From: Octopus sinensis
Lineage: Eukaryota
Length of the DNA: 64,000 nucleotides
NCBI RefSeq assembly: GCF_006345805.1
Contig: NC_043004.1
Location: 103,044,001 to 103,108,000, forward strand
Reading direction: 5' to 3'
Position numbers and translations under genes: made by a program. The notes under the pieces were generated by a model. It was not told the origin of the DNA. It searched no databases and saw nothing but the letters and a program-made list of their open reading frames with translations. Shown here one piece after another: positions 25,776 to 38,626 of the stretch; position 1 is the first letter of the stretch; each line of letters starts with the position of its first letter.

Positions 25776-25806
<31 letters not shown>

Positions 25807-26030
25807 CACACACACACACACACACATAAACAGAGACACGTACACGAACGAATATATACATATACATGTAGGCTTTTATGTGTTACAGAGGCGTTACGTT
25901 CAAGAAAATTTTGTCGTAACGTGAGATCCGTTCGCCGAATGAATATACCGTTCACTTCTATATATCATGGAAATCAATGTAAAATAGACTTTCTTCTGAC
26001 GGTATTTCATGTTACGGCAGCGTGAGGTGG

Positions 26031-26214
26031 CTGTATGTATGTATGTATGTATGTATGTATGTATGTATGTATGTATGTATGTATGTATGTATGTGTATGT
26101 ATGTATGTATGTATGTATGAATGTATGTATGTATGTATGTATGAATGTATGAATGTATGTATGTATGTATGTATGTTATGTATGTATGTATGTATGTGTG
26201 TGTGTGTATGTATG

Positions 26215-26248
<34 letters not shown>

Positions 26249-26504
26249 TGTTATGTATGTATATATGTATGTATGTGTGTGTGTGTATGTATGTATGAAT
26301 GTATGTATGTATGAATGTATGTATGTATGTATGTATGTATGTATGTATGTATGTATGTATGTATGTATGTATGTGTGTGTATGTGTGTGTGTATGTATGT
26401 ATATATGTATGTATGTATGTATGTGATGTATGTATGTATGTATGCATGTATGTATGTATGTATGTATGTATGTGTGTGTGTCTGTGTGTGTGTGTGTATG
26501 TATG

Positions 26505-26537
<33 letters not shown>

Positions 26538-26581
26538 TATGTATGTATGTATGTATGTATGTGTGTGTGTATGTATGTATG

Positions 26582-26615
<34 letters not shown>

Positions 26616-26760
26616 TGTATGTTATGTATGTATGTATGTGTGTGTGTGTATGTATGTATGTATGTATGTATGTATGTATGTATGTATGTTATGTATGTAT
26701 GTATGTTATGTGTGTATGTATGTATGTATGTATGTATGTATGTGTGTGTGTGTATGTATG

Positions 26761-26794
<34 letters not shown>

Positions 26795-26965
26795 TGTATG
26801 TATGTACGTATGTTATGTATATATGTATGTATGTATGTATATATGTATGTATGTATGTGTGGTGTGTGTGTATGTATGTGTGTGTGTGTGTGTATGTATG
26901 TATGTAGTATGTATGTATGTATGTATGTATGTATGTATGTATGTATGTATGTATGTATGTATGTA
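26031..26965. repeat. ~930-bp (TATG)n/(TG)n microsatellite
   Basis: Direct reading. Confidence 0.97.
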
Positions 26966-27379
26966 TTTCTAGTGCCTCTAGACATTACATCACTGACAGA
27001 ATTACAAGCGACTTAAAACATTTGACCTGTTCTGCAGAATGTAACGACTGGAAATTGTTTTCCGCACGTGTACTAGCATGTATTGAAACATGTGTATGTG
27101 TGTCTATGTAGGTATGTATGTATGTATATATGTATGTCATTATTCAGTTTATTTCAAGATTTTTTGTCAATAAAGAGCCGGTTTCTAACCTAGACAAAAA
27201 CTCCTTCATTGGAATTTCAACATCAACAGGATATTTTTATGTGTATATATTTATGTATGTATGTATGTATGTATGTATGTATGTATGTATGTAGTATGTA
27301 TGTATGTATATGTACAGATTTGTATGTTTTGTTTTATGTCCGTACTCTCATGCATGGTTGCATGTCTAAACATGCTCAT

Positions 27380-28400
27380 ATATACTTAAATGAGAAACTG
27401 GAAAGTTTTACAGATTTTTAGCAGTTTCGGTGAATTCTTGTATCTGTAGTCTTCGAATCAACTTTCCCCTTTCTGGTTTTGAGAAGCCTAATTTCTCAAG
27501 GTTGGTATTTAGTCAGTGTGTTACATATCCCAGTGCTTCAATAATTACAGGTATAAACCTGAACTTATAATCTGGATAGAGTAACAGCAAATTTCTCCAT
27601 AGCTCAGCGTAGGTATTCTCTTGTTCAGTAATCTTCAGCTTTATGTTAACATTCGCTAAACAACTGATTTCCATAAACTGTGCATAGTTTCTCTTCTCTA
27701 TCCCAAATCATTATATCAAGTCTGTTGTGTTTACACTTCATTACGTTTTCACTGGGACATTCCACCAGTACTCCTCTTCATTACGAGTGGCTATGACCCC
27801 CACCACACTGTGGGTTCTTATTTCTTTGTTCTTGAGGTTATCCTTTCGACGGATCTCGTTATACAGTATCCTAACTACATCATATCCCATCGGTGGGTTA
27901 TACCGTAATGACATTTTCAGACAACTGCTATTGATATGGGTGATATCTTCGGTGTTAAACTCCATAAAGTCTGCATTGGTTGTCACATTTTACTGCTTTC
28001 TCTGCATCTCTGTCCCTTTTGTGCATCAGCTATTCGGTTCATATTTCCTGTTCCTGGATTGCAAATGTATACTCTTCAAAGCAGGAAGTAGTAATCTGCT
28101 TGTTGGTCCAGAATAGACTTCTTTGATGATCAATGTTACTATCATCTCTGAGCTTCCTACTAACATATCCATACATGGTCTTCTGCTCATATACACTCAT
28201 CCATTCATCTGATGATATGATGCGGTAGAATCGTGCGACGTCTTTGGGTGTGTATTTAAGGTTATCAGACAAAGAATGCTGCTCAAGGAGCAGTCTTCCA
28301 AGTCTTGTGATGTTATCAGCCTCATGTGTGCAAACTTGGTCAAGGGATGCACTTCGACGGTTGGTGGTTAAAAGATGTTGTCGAAGGGATATGATACGAC
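27380..28400 (-). mobile_element. RLE-type (R4/Dong/NeSL-like) non-LTR retrotransposon 3' relic
   Basis: FAIQEQEI; KCDNQCRL./EDITHINSSC (CCHC); YWWNVPVKT; KHNRLDIMIWDREEK (PD-(D/E)XK relic); flanked by (TACA)n. Confidence 0.8.
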
Positions 28401-28411
28401 ATTTGATGGCA

Positions 28412-28800
28412 GTTTGTATATATGTATGTGCGTATGTATGTATGTATGTATGTATGTATGTATGTATGTATGTATGTATGTATTATGTATGTATGTATGT
28501 ACGCATGTATGTATGTATGTATGTATGTATGAATGTATGTATGTATGCATGTATGTACGAATGTATGTATGTATGTATGTATGTATGTATGTATGTATGT
28601 ATGTATGTACGGATGTATGTATGTATGTACGCATGTATGTATGTATGTATGTATGTATGTGTGTGTGTATGTATGTATGTATGTATGTATGTACGCATGT
28701 ATGTATGTATATATGTATGTATGTACGCATGTATGTATGTATGTGTGTATGTATGTATGTATGTATGTATGTATGTATGTATGTATGTATGTATGTATGC
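28412..28800. repeat. (TATG)n microsatellite
   Basis: Direct reading. Confidence 0.95.
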
Positions 28801-29317
28801 ACGTGAGAGACCTCTAGTTTTTGTTCAGACTTCCCACTAGAGAAAGATTCTGAACTAACACCCGCCTCATTGCGAAGCTGGGGATCTTCTTGATTATGTA
28901 GGTGCAAGTCTGAGTGGTGTTGTATAAGCTGTTATACTCGCTATTACTGACTTAAAATTTCAGGACGAAGTTTGCTGGCAGCCATTGTCTTCAATATCTA
29001 GGATAAGATTATTTGTCAGTTATGGTCACACTCGTCTACGACTTGACAGCTCCCATTTATATATGTATGTGTGTATGTTCGCGCATATGTATTATGTGAA
29101 TGTATGTATATATGTATGTATGTTTCCATGATGGATCCCTCTTTTTTCTTAGTAATAGTGGTGGGGTTAGCCAAGTTATTCCCGTTTCCACGACACGGTA
29201 AAAGAGTATGACGTAACCAATGGCAGAGTTCCCAATTAATCCGACAAGGGAACGTGACCTTTCACTCTAAGCACCCAAATTTATAGAGTATATTTCTGTG
29301 TTTGTATATGTGCTTTG

Positions 29318-29382
29318 CATGTATGTATGTATGTATGTATGTATGTATGTATGTATGTATGTATGTATGTATGTATGTATGT

Positions 29383-29417
<35 letters not shown>

Positions 29418-29852
29418 CATGTATGTATGTATGTTTGTATGTATGTATGTGTGTGTGTGTATGTATGTATGCATGTATGTATGTATGTTTGTATGTATGT
29501 ATGTGTGTGTGTGTATGTATGTATGTATGTATGTATGTGTGTGTGTATGTATGTGTGTGTGTATGTATGTATGTGTGTGTGTATGTATGTATGTATGTAT
29601 GTATGTATGTGTGTGTGTGTATGTATGTTTGTATGTATGTATGTTTGTATATATGTATGTATGTATGTGTGTGTGTATGTATGTATGTGTGTATGTATGT
29701 ATGTATGTATGTATGTATGTATGTATGTATGTGTGTATGTATGTATGTATGTATGTATGTTTGTATGTATGTATGTATGTATGTATGTATGTATGTATGT
29801 ATGTATGTATGTATATGTATGTATGTATGTATGTATGAATGTATGTATGTAT
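29318..29852. repeat. (TATG)n/(TG)n microsatellite
   Basis: Direct reading. Confidence 0.95.
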
Positions 29853-30397
29853 AAATGTGTTTATGTATATATGTAATATATATGTATATATATATTGTAT
29901 ATTTCTGTATATTTTCACTGCATATATCAATACTTATGTGTTTGAGCGCGCGCATGCGCATGACATCCCTCCCTTCCTACCCCACCTCTTCTTCTTCGTA
30001 ATGATTCTGGGACCAGTTGAAGTAGGGAAAGTTATTCCCACTTCCATGACATGGTGAAGGAATCGGTGAGACAATCTGATAAGGGAACATGACCTTTCAC
30101 TTCAAGTACTCAAATTTTACACACACTGTATACACACACGCATATACATGCACACATAGACACACACATAACTATACACACACACACACACACACACACA
30201 CAGAACACACACACTTATACACGAACGTACATACACACACACACATACACTAACAGGCATAGGTACTCACAAACATGCGCATATAGGTATTCATATTCAT
30301 ATACGCACACATCCATATAAGATTAAGCCCTTAGTGGGTAGGATGGGGCGTGACGAGTAGAAAGAAAGACATGAAAGACGGTGAAAGAAATTCATTA

Positions 30398-30439
<42 letters not shown>

Positions 30440-30483
30440 TAACAATAATGCCAATAATAATGATATGGATAAAGATGAAGAAG

Positions 30484-30520
<37 letters not shown>

Positions 30521-30604
30521 GTGTATGTATGTGTGTGTATGTGTGTGCGTGCGTGTTTGTATGTGTGTCTGTGTGTTTGTGTGCATGCACATGTATGCAT
30601 ATGT

Positions 30605-30642
<38 letters not shown>

Positions 30643-30697
30643 TATTTTCAGGTACACACGTGTATAAATCGACAAGCAGACAGACAGGCACACAGAC

Positions 30698-30752
<55 letters not shown>

Positions 30753-31377
30753 GATAGAGAGAGAGAGAGAGACAGAGAGACAGAGAGACGAGAGACAGAG
30801 AGAGAATGAAGGAGAGATGCTTGGATAGATATACGGAGCGATAACAAACAGAATGAAAAGTAAAAATGAATGGGAAAGAAAAGAGAGAAGGAAAAGAAAG
30901 ACAAGATAAAAGAAAGAAAGAAAGAAAGAACGAAAGAAAGAAAGGAAAAGGCAATTACAAACGTAGAGATATAGATAGTAAGAAAGAAAGAAGTACAAAA
31001 GAAACAAAACAAAAAAAAAACCAAGTGAGAGTGGGGAAGAAGAAAAGGAGAAAAAAGAATTTAATTGCAAATTTAATATTTATGATATTTCAGTCTTGAA
31101 AAATTGTCGTCTGGTTCTCTTGAAAATTCGAATTTAAGAAATCTGCGGCACTATTGATTCCGGAAAATTAATGTCAATCACAGAGAATTATTTTTGATTC
31201 ATTAATTGTAGTTATACCTGGAGCTTTTGGTAAAGTGATTAAAAAAAAAAGCAGGAAATTTTCAAAACCCTCTTGAATTTTATTTACAATTTATATCATG
31301 AGAAAGAAAAGAACATTAGTAGGTAAAAAGAATTCTCTTTCTCTGTGTGTATATTATATATATATATATATATATAT

Positions 31378-31499
31378 CACCGTGATCACCATGACCGACC
31401 AGGCTATCAGATGTTGTTACACATCGCTGGTCACAATGCGCTTCGCATTGTTTTAGCCTTCAAATGACGCCACCCCGCTGGCTAAGCGAGCAGGCTAAC
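31378..31499 (-). mobile_element. ~120-bp TA-associated interspersed element
   Basis: Reverse complement of the copies at 51441-51560 and 51836-51957. Confidence 0.75.
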
Positions 31500-31527
31500 A
31501 GTAGAAAGAGTGAGAGAAAGTTGTGGC

Positions 31528-31853
31528 AAAAGAGTACAGCAGGGATCGCCACCACCACCCTGCTGGAGCCTCGTGGAGGTTTAGGTGTTTTCGCTCAATA
31601 AATACTCACAACGCCCGGTCTGGGAATCGAAACCGCGATCCTACGACCACAAGCCCGCTGCCCTAACCACTGGAGCATTGCGCCTCCACTTGAAAGAGTA
31701 CAGCAGGGTTCACCACCACCACCTGCCAGAGCCTCGTGGAGGTTTAGGTGTTTTCGCTCAATAAATACTCACAACGCCCGGTCTGGGAATCGAAACTGCG
31801 ATCCTACGACCGCGAGTCCGCTGCCCTAACCACTGGGCCATTGCACCCCTCCA
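31528..31853 (-). mobile_element. Tandem duplicated SINE 5' half (~163-bp period)
   Basis: Two copies of AAAGAGTACAGCAGGG...GGGAATCGAAAC...CCCTAACCACTG. Confidence 0.8.
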
Positions 31854-32129
31854 CACACACACACACCCACACACACACACACACACAACACACACCCATA
31901 TATATTATATATATATATATAGATATATTTCTCTGTTGTTGTGTTCAAGGTGCATGGCATTGGTGTTAAGGTGTTGCACTCACGATTACGAGATCGTGGG
32001 TTCAGTTCCCAGACCGGACGTTGCGTTGTGTTCTTAAATTAAATTCACGTTGGTCTGCGATGATTTATTGTTCAAACTAAAATCGAAACACTATAATGGT
32101 GAATGTAAAAAGCGCTCATTTTTAATTGT

Positions 32130-32160
<31 letters not shown>

Positions 32161-32164
<4 letters not shown>

Positions 32165-33186
32165 TGATAAATAAAAATATATGCATACATACAAACATAT
32201 ATGTACGTACCTACATCTACATGTATATATACATGCATATATAAATAATTATACGTGAGTACAGGACATCACAATAAGACGTAGAACGGAAAAAAAAACA
32301 AAAAACAAAAACAGAAACGAAAAACAAAAACAAGAAACGAAAAAAACAATTACAGGACGAACTACACAAGGACAAAACCCCCGTCATCAGCTGTTGCTAG
32401 TGGAGTCAAGCATGTTCGAAGGCAGAGACAGAACACTAATCCAATAGGCCTTTGCGAGAAGAATTAAAATAAAATTCCAAGCAGCGGGGCAAAATGAGTA
32501 CGAACACGAACAAGACGTAAAATAAAACTGCAAAAATAAAAATACATGTACAAAAAATACAAATAATTACAAAACGAGAAAATAAAAAGAGAATACGATA
32601 CAGGAAATCAAACACACAAGGGACGAACGAAAAAGCCTTTTTCTGGCGAAGACGAAGGATATTGTATCAGCGCGTGGAGGCAGTCTTTTCAGTAGTAAGA
32701 ACCACGTGTAAAAGAAATTTTATTTTATACGCTGGCAGTAAGGAAGAAGGAAGGAGGAGGGGGACACGCGGCTGAGAGAGAGAGAGAGAGGAGGAGTGGG
32801 AGAGAGAGAGAGAGTGAAGAGGTTAAAGCAAAGGGAGAGAATTCCGCATCTTAAATATAATAATATAAAAAAAAGGAACCAAGAAGTGGAACGAAACGAC
32901 GAATCGGAACGAACCTAATGCGGGTCGCTGTCAGACAATAAGGTGATAAATAAAAATATATGCATACATACAAACATATATGTACGTACCTACATCTACA
33001 TGTATATATACATGCACATATAAATAATTATACGTGAGTACAGGACATCACAATAAGACGTAGAAACGGAAAAAACAAAAAAACAAAAAACAAGAAAACG
33101 AAAAAACAATTACAGGACGAGCTACACAAGGACAAAACCCCCGTCATCAGCTGTCGCTAGTGGAGTCAAGCATGTTTCGAAGGCAT
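32161..33186. repeat. ~260-bp direct repeats bracketing a 520-bp interior (possible PLE-type terminal repeats)
   Basis: Copies start at ~32161 and ~32940. Confidence 0.7.
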
Positions 33187-33269
33187 ACATACATACATAC
33201 ATACATACATACTACATACATACATACATACATACATACATACATACATACATACATACATACACACAT

Positions 33270-33497
33270 AGAATTCAAAATGAGCGCTTTGATAGATCGG
33301 TAGCCATTACACACATTTTTTCTCTCCTTGTTTCTCTTCTTTTTTTTTCTTTTTCTCTGTGTCCCTTTCTGTAGAAGAGCGTAGGCTCGAAACGTAAAAG
33401 ACTTTTTCTATTCCTGAGCGTTATACTAATACATGTGTTTGTTTTGTACACCACTTGTCTTCGTCTTTTGTTGTTTTTTTTTCGTGAACTCTCCTAT
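33270..33497 (+). mobile_element. Solo PLE-type terminal repeat with family A HHR-like motif (33365-33400)
   Basis: CUUU-CUGUAGA-A-GAGC(GUAG)GCUC-GAAA-CG-UA-AAAG; ends at TA. Confidence 0.75.
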
Positions 33498-33926
33498 ATA
33501 TGTCAACGGTGGTTTGGCCAGTTTTGCTCGGGGATTTTTTCTTTCGTAGATTACCCTCAATAAGAACAACCAAGTCCTATCAATATTGAGCGTCTAGAAG
33601 CCGTAGCTGGGGTAAAATTCAAAGTCAACTGTATTAGAATTGGCAAAACAATTTAAATCAAGTCACACTTCGATCATAAAGCACTTTAATGAACCAGGAA
33701 ATGTCGAACGATGAAAATGAGTGTTCAACACCGCATTGGTGGATGTAATTTCTTCATTTATGAATTAAGGCTACCATTAGTTTCATGTTAAGAAAAGTAG
33801 GAAAATATCCCAGTGTTTTAACAATCTTTCTCGCCGATCACATGGAGAAGGTGTGTTCGCCTCTACATGCTAACGATTCTGCCAGCTCGCCGCCTTACAT
33901 AATAATGATGATAATAATAATAATAA

Positions 33927-34026
33927 NNNNNNNNNNNNNNNNNNNNNNNNNNNNNNNNNNNNNNNNNNNNNNNNNNNNNNNNNNNNNNNNNNNNNNNNNN
34001 NNNNNNNNNNNNNNNNNNNNNNNNNN
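33927..34026. other. Assembly gap (100 N)
   Basis: Counted 100 N. Confidence 1.
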
Positions 34027-34033
34027 TGAGGGC

Positions 34034-34772
34034 GGGGCCAATCGATAGAACTCCAGTACGCAAATGGTACTTAATCTATCGACCCTGAAAGGATGAAAGG
34101 TAAAGTCAACCTCAGTGAATTTTGAAGTCAAAATGTAAAGACGGACGAAATGCCACTAATCACTCTGCTGGCGTGCTAACGATTCTTTTCTACTCTAGGC
34201 ACAAGGCCCGAAATTTTGTGGGGTGGGGCCAATCGATTAGAACTCCAGTACGCAACTGGTACTTAATCTATCGACCCTGAAAGGATGAAAGGTAAAGTCA
34301 ACCTCAGTGAATTTTGAAGTCAAAATGTAAAGACGGACGAAATGCCACTAATCACTCTGCTGGCGTGCTAACGATTCTTTTCTACTCTAGGCACAAGGCC
34401 CGAAATTTTGTGGGGTGGGGCCAATCGATTAGAACTCCAGTACGCAACTGGTACTTAATCTATCGACCCTGAAAGGATGAAAGGTAAAGTCAACCTCAGT
34501 GAATTTTGAAGTCAAAATGTAAAGACGGACGAAATGCCACTAATCACTCTGCTGGCGTGCTAACGATTCTTTTCTACTCTAGGCACAAGGCCCGAAATTT
34601 TGTGGGGCGGGGCCAATCGATTAGAACTCCAGTACGCAACTGGTACTTAATCTATCGACCCCGAAAGGATGAAAGGCAAAGTCGATCTCGGCGGAATTTG
34701 AACTCAGAACGTAGTGGCAGACGAAATACCGCAAAGCATTTCACCCGGCGTGCTAACGGTTCTGTCAGCTCG
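34034..34772 (-). repeat. 192-bp tandem array derived from SINE family 2
   Basis: Unit starts at 34034, 34225, 34417 and 34609; first three units near-identical, fourth closer to SINE consensus. Confidence 0.92.
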
Positions 34773-35637
34773 CCCATCCTTACAACAAAAATATTAATGG
34801 ACATCCTCTTTGAGATCACTTAATCTATCAGAAATAGCATCCAAATTTCCCTTAAATTATACCCAAACGATTTGAAAAAGGAAGGAAACATGGGATAAGA
34901 AAGACGGAATGATTTTGAGAGGAACGTCCTTCACAGGTCTGTTCAGCCAAGGTCGACCTAGTGTTAAACAACAACAGTAGCAGTGTAAAATATATAAAAG
35001 GTTACGGGTTCGTACGATTCCATTGCCTGAATCACACTTTAAGCAGTGGAAACAATTGACATATTTAGTGAGAATGTTTGACACCAATTTATATTTACGT
35101 ATGTAATTGTTATACATACGTAATATGCAGACTATTGCGCAAGTAGTAAGTGGAAGAGTACTTGAAGCTGCGGCGTCTCTCTCATTCTGTCTGTCTGTCT
35201 GTCTCTCTCTCTTTATCTCTTTGCGTGTGAATGTGTGTCCTAGTGACCTAGTAAGGTTTAAACAACCTTTTATTATAATGACCGAACACTTAAAGTCAAA
35301 AGACCTTCAGAAGAAATATGTAGAACAAGAACCAGCGGCGTGGGAGAGCGGTAGAGGGGAGCAAAAATAAGGGACAATGACACATCTAAAGAAGATAGAA
35401 ATGGCGGAAAGATATGTGAAGAGACGAAGAGAGAGAAAGAGAATGGGAGGGGGAGAAAGAAAGACGGAGACAGAGGTATATACAGAGAGACAAACAGACA
35501 GACAGTTGGATGGATAGAGAGAAATGTCTGGTGAAAGTGACCGTGAGTATTTGAGTATGATGAAGAACGAAGGGAGACATAGAGACTCGTATACGGTAAA
35601 AGAAAGAGTCAGACAAGTGAGATTAGTGAGAGAGAGA

Positions 35638-35689
<52 letters not shown>

Positions 35690-36413
35690 GAAAAAATAGT
35701 TCCGACTCAGAGAAAGAAACAGTTAAAGAGAAAAAGAGAGAGAGAGAGAGGAGAAGAAGCGAGGGAGTGAGAAAATGAGAGGAAAAGCCATTGCGATTCA
35801 GAAAGAGAAAGATACTGCTGGAAAGGGAGAAAAAGAGAGAGAGTTCGAGAGAGAAACGAAGAGTTGGAAACAGAAAAAGGGAGAGAGAATGATGAGAGAG
35901 AGAGATAGAGAAACTAACAGACAGAGACAGAGACAAGGAGAGAGATAGAGTATAATGAGAAACATTCAGGGATAATGAAATACATCAGGAGACATAAATG
36001 TCAGCAGGAGATACAGAGCAAGAAAAGAAGAGAAAGACGATTGCCCTTATGTGGTTGCTCTGCTTGTTAAAATAGCAAATAAATTTCCCTCAAATCAAAA
36101 CAGAAATAAAAAAAAAGATATAAAACTAAGAAAACATTGGATGATATTGTCCAAGATAACCTATGTCTCAAAGAATAACGATGGGATTGTTTTTGGTCAG
36201 TACAACTCTGTCTTTCATTCATTTTTGGTGTTGCCTGAAGGATGATATTGACTGAGAAGAACTGAGTTGCGACAGAATGCATCATCAGCGTCGTACAAAT
36301 AAAAACAAGCATTGAGTACCTTTTCTTTAATTTCTTTATTTCACCTTAACTAAACGTGTTTCTGAATGTGTGTGTGCATATGTGTATGTATGTGTGCCCG
36401 GCTTATATGTATG

Positions 36414-36452
<39 letters not shown>

Positions 36453-36594
36453 ATATATATAATTATATATATATAACAATTTAGGAGTGACCCCAACAGG
36501 TCACTCGTCCACCAGAAAGAGCAGCCATAACTCACACCGCCAAGTAGTAGTAATTCAGAAATTAGGTGAAAATTAAAAACATTACCCTAATTCA

Positions 36595-36692
36595 TTTTAG
36601 ACGTTGCAACGTTTCTGTGTCATTAATGATTAAATTAGCTTAATTAAATTAAATTAAGCCAATCTACCATAGGTTACTTCATCAGTAAAAGA
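36595..36692 (-). ncRNA. Mirror copy of the family C hammerhead (small deletions in stems I and II)
   Basis: Reverse complement of 36858-36958. Confidence 0.5.
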
Positions 36693-36857
36693 CCTGGGAG
36701 AGACAAATATACACGAGGCGTCTGTATCGATGCCTACGGGATATCTGACTTAAATTTTCAAGACTGACGTATTCGCGCCAATACGTCAGTTGAAAAATTT
36801 AAGTCAGATATCCCGTAGGCATCGATACAGACGCCTCGTGTATATTGTCTCTCCCAG

Positions 36858-36958
36858 TCTTTTACTGATGAAGTGTAACCTATGGTAGATTGGCTTAATT
36901 TAATTTAATTAAGCTAATTAATCATTAATGACACAGAAACGTTGCAACGTCTAAAAGA
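36858..36958 (+). ncRNA. Type I hammerhead ribozyme candidate with extended stem II (family C)
   Basis: UCUUUUA-CUGAUGA-A-GUGU...ACAC-A-GAAA-CGUUGCAACG-UC-UAAAAGA; 7-bp stem I, palindromic stem III, GUC site after 36951. Confidence 0.65.
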
Positions 36959-37328
36959 TGAATTAGGGTAAATGTTTTTAAATTTTCACCTAATTCTGAA
37001 TTACTACTACTTGGCGTGTGAGTTATGGCTGCTCTTTCTGGTGGACGAGTGACCTGTTGGGGTCACTCCTAAATTGTTATATTGATATATATTTAGTCGA
37101 TGACTATTTCCTTTCCACCAGGCCGCTGGTTGCGATAAATTCTATTGAATTTTTTTGCTACCCTAATTGACTATATATATATATATATATACAGTATCCT
37201 TCGCCAAATCGCGTTGGTTCACCTATCGCGGGGTTTTGGGGAACGTAACACCCGCAATAGTCGAGGGATTACTGTGTGTGTGTGTACGTACATATATATA
37301 TATACATATTATATAATATATGTATGAT

Positions 37329-37393
<65 letters not shown>

Positions 37394-37939
37394 GTGTGTG
37401 TGTGTGGTGTGTGTGTGTGTGTGTGTATGGCAAATGAAAAAACAGAAGATGGAATATACGAGAATTTATCATTAATCACGACAGTTGCTTAGACACATCT
37501 AGCATCGATTCCTCATGGGTGGGACACTCAACAACTGGTTCAGGAGCATCCGGCGGTGCAGATGTATCTCGCCGGGGGATAAATAAATACAACTCGTTTT
37601 AATGACTGTTCCGCAATGTAACTTTCCGTTTTGTAGAGAGAAAAGCAGCAGAGGCGGAGGAAATATCTTCATTTATATAGAAGATCAAAAATAAAATCAC
37701 AGATGGCAAAAAGAGAAGCGAACACGCAATCCAACGGAGGAAGTATTAAAAATAACCGTTAACAGATACATCCATATATATATATATATACATATCGACT
37801 TTGCCTTTCATCCTTTCGGGGTCAATAAGATACGTACCAGTTGAGCACTGGGGTCGATTTAATCGACTTACTCCCACCCCCGAAATTGCTGATCTCGTGC
37901 CAAAGTTTGAAGCCAATATTTTTATTGTATAAGAAAGCG

Positions 37940-38075
37940 GTGAGCTGGCAGAATCGTTAGCACGGCAGACAAGATGCTGAGCAGCGTTTCTTCTGGCTTT
38001 TCACGTTCTGAGTTCAAATTCCGCCGAGAGCGACATTGCTTTTCATTTCTTCAGAGTTGATAAAATATGTACCAG
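37940..38075 (+). mobile_element. SINE family 2, diverged 5' part
   Basis: GAGCTGGCAGAATCGTTAGCAC...GAGTTCAAATTCCGCCGAG. Confidence 0.75.
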
Positions 38076-38204
38076 TGAAACACAAGCCTTCTCACTCAAA
38101 ATTTCCCTCCTTGCACCTATACTAGAAAAAATTGTTTTTTAGCAACTTGTCAGATCTGATCGAATAAATTAGCAGCTTATAGTCAAAGGTACTTCAGTAT
38201 TGAT

Positions 38205-38400
38205 CATTCCAACTTTCCCTATATGCATGACTATATTATCCAATGTATTCCTTCATCTGTTAAGACTTTTAGGACGAAAGTACGTCCCTGTCTACCGAGT
38301 CAAATGCCTTGCAGAGGAAGAGATGGACTGCAAGCAGCCCTTGTCAAAAGCTCTGCTTGCATTCTTCACACCGCTGAGCATAGTGATTCCTATATAGGCA
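38205..38400 (-). mobile_element. RTE-type RT fragment
   Basis: ECKQSF*QGLLAVHLFLCKAFDSVDRD (KAFDS RT motif). Confidence 0.6.
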
Positions 38401-38558
38401 GTACATGAGCGAAAAGAGGAACGAAAATAAACTGAAATAAATTAAATTAATCTTTCGTAATATCAGTTTTGGAAGTTCGCCTACCTTCTTACAAAATTCA
38501 TATGGTGCTTGCCGTTGGTCTCCTCCTGACTGTTCCGGTGTACAAGGCACTCATGTAT

Positions 38559-38626
<68 letters not shown>

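Larger units (their letters stand above)
36471..37082. repeat. 612-bp near-perfect inverted repeat (foldback) with mirrored hammerhead motifs
   Basis: ~303-bp arms, 6-nt loop CGCGCC (36774-36779); arms differ only by ~10 short indels. Confidence 0.95.

Noticed and set aside
32370-32420. HHR at minus-strand CTGATGACGGGG
   Set aside because: No GAAA after the stem II candidate
36760-36795. Protelomerase target or viral hairpin telomere
   Set aside because: Only superficial resemblance; no viral or phage genes nearby, and the arms carry PLE-type HHRs
37445-37590. Host exon (open frame ..SSIDSSWVGHSTTGSG..)
   Set aside because: No polypyrimidine acceptor or donor; no recognisable domain
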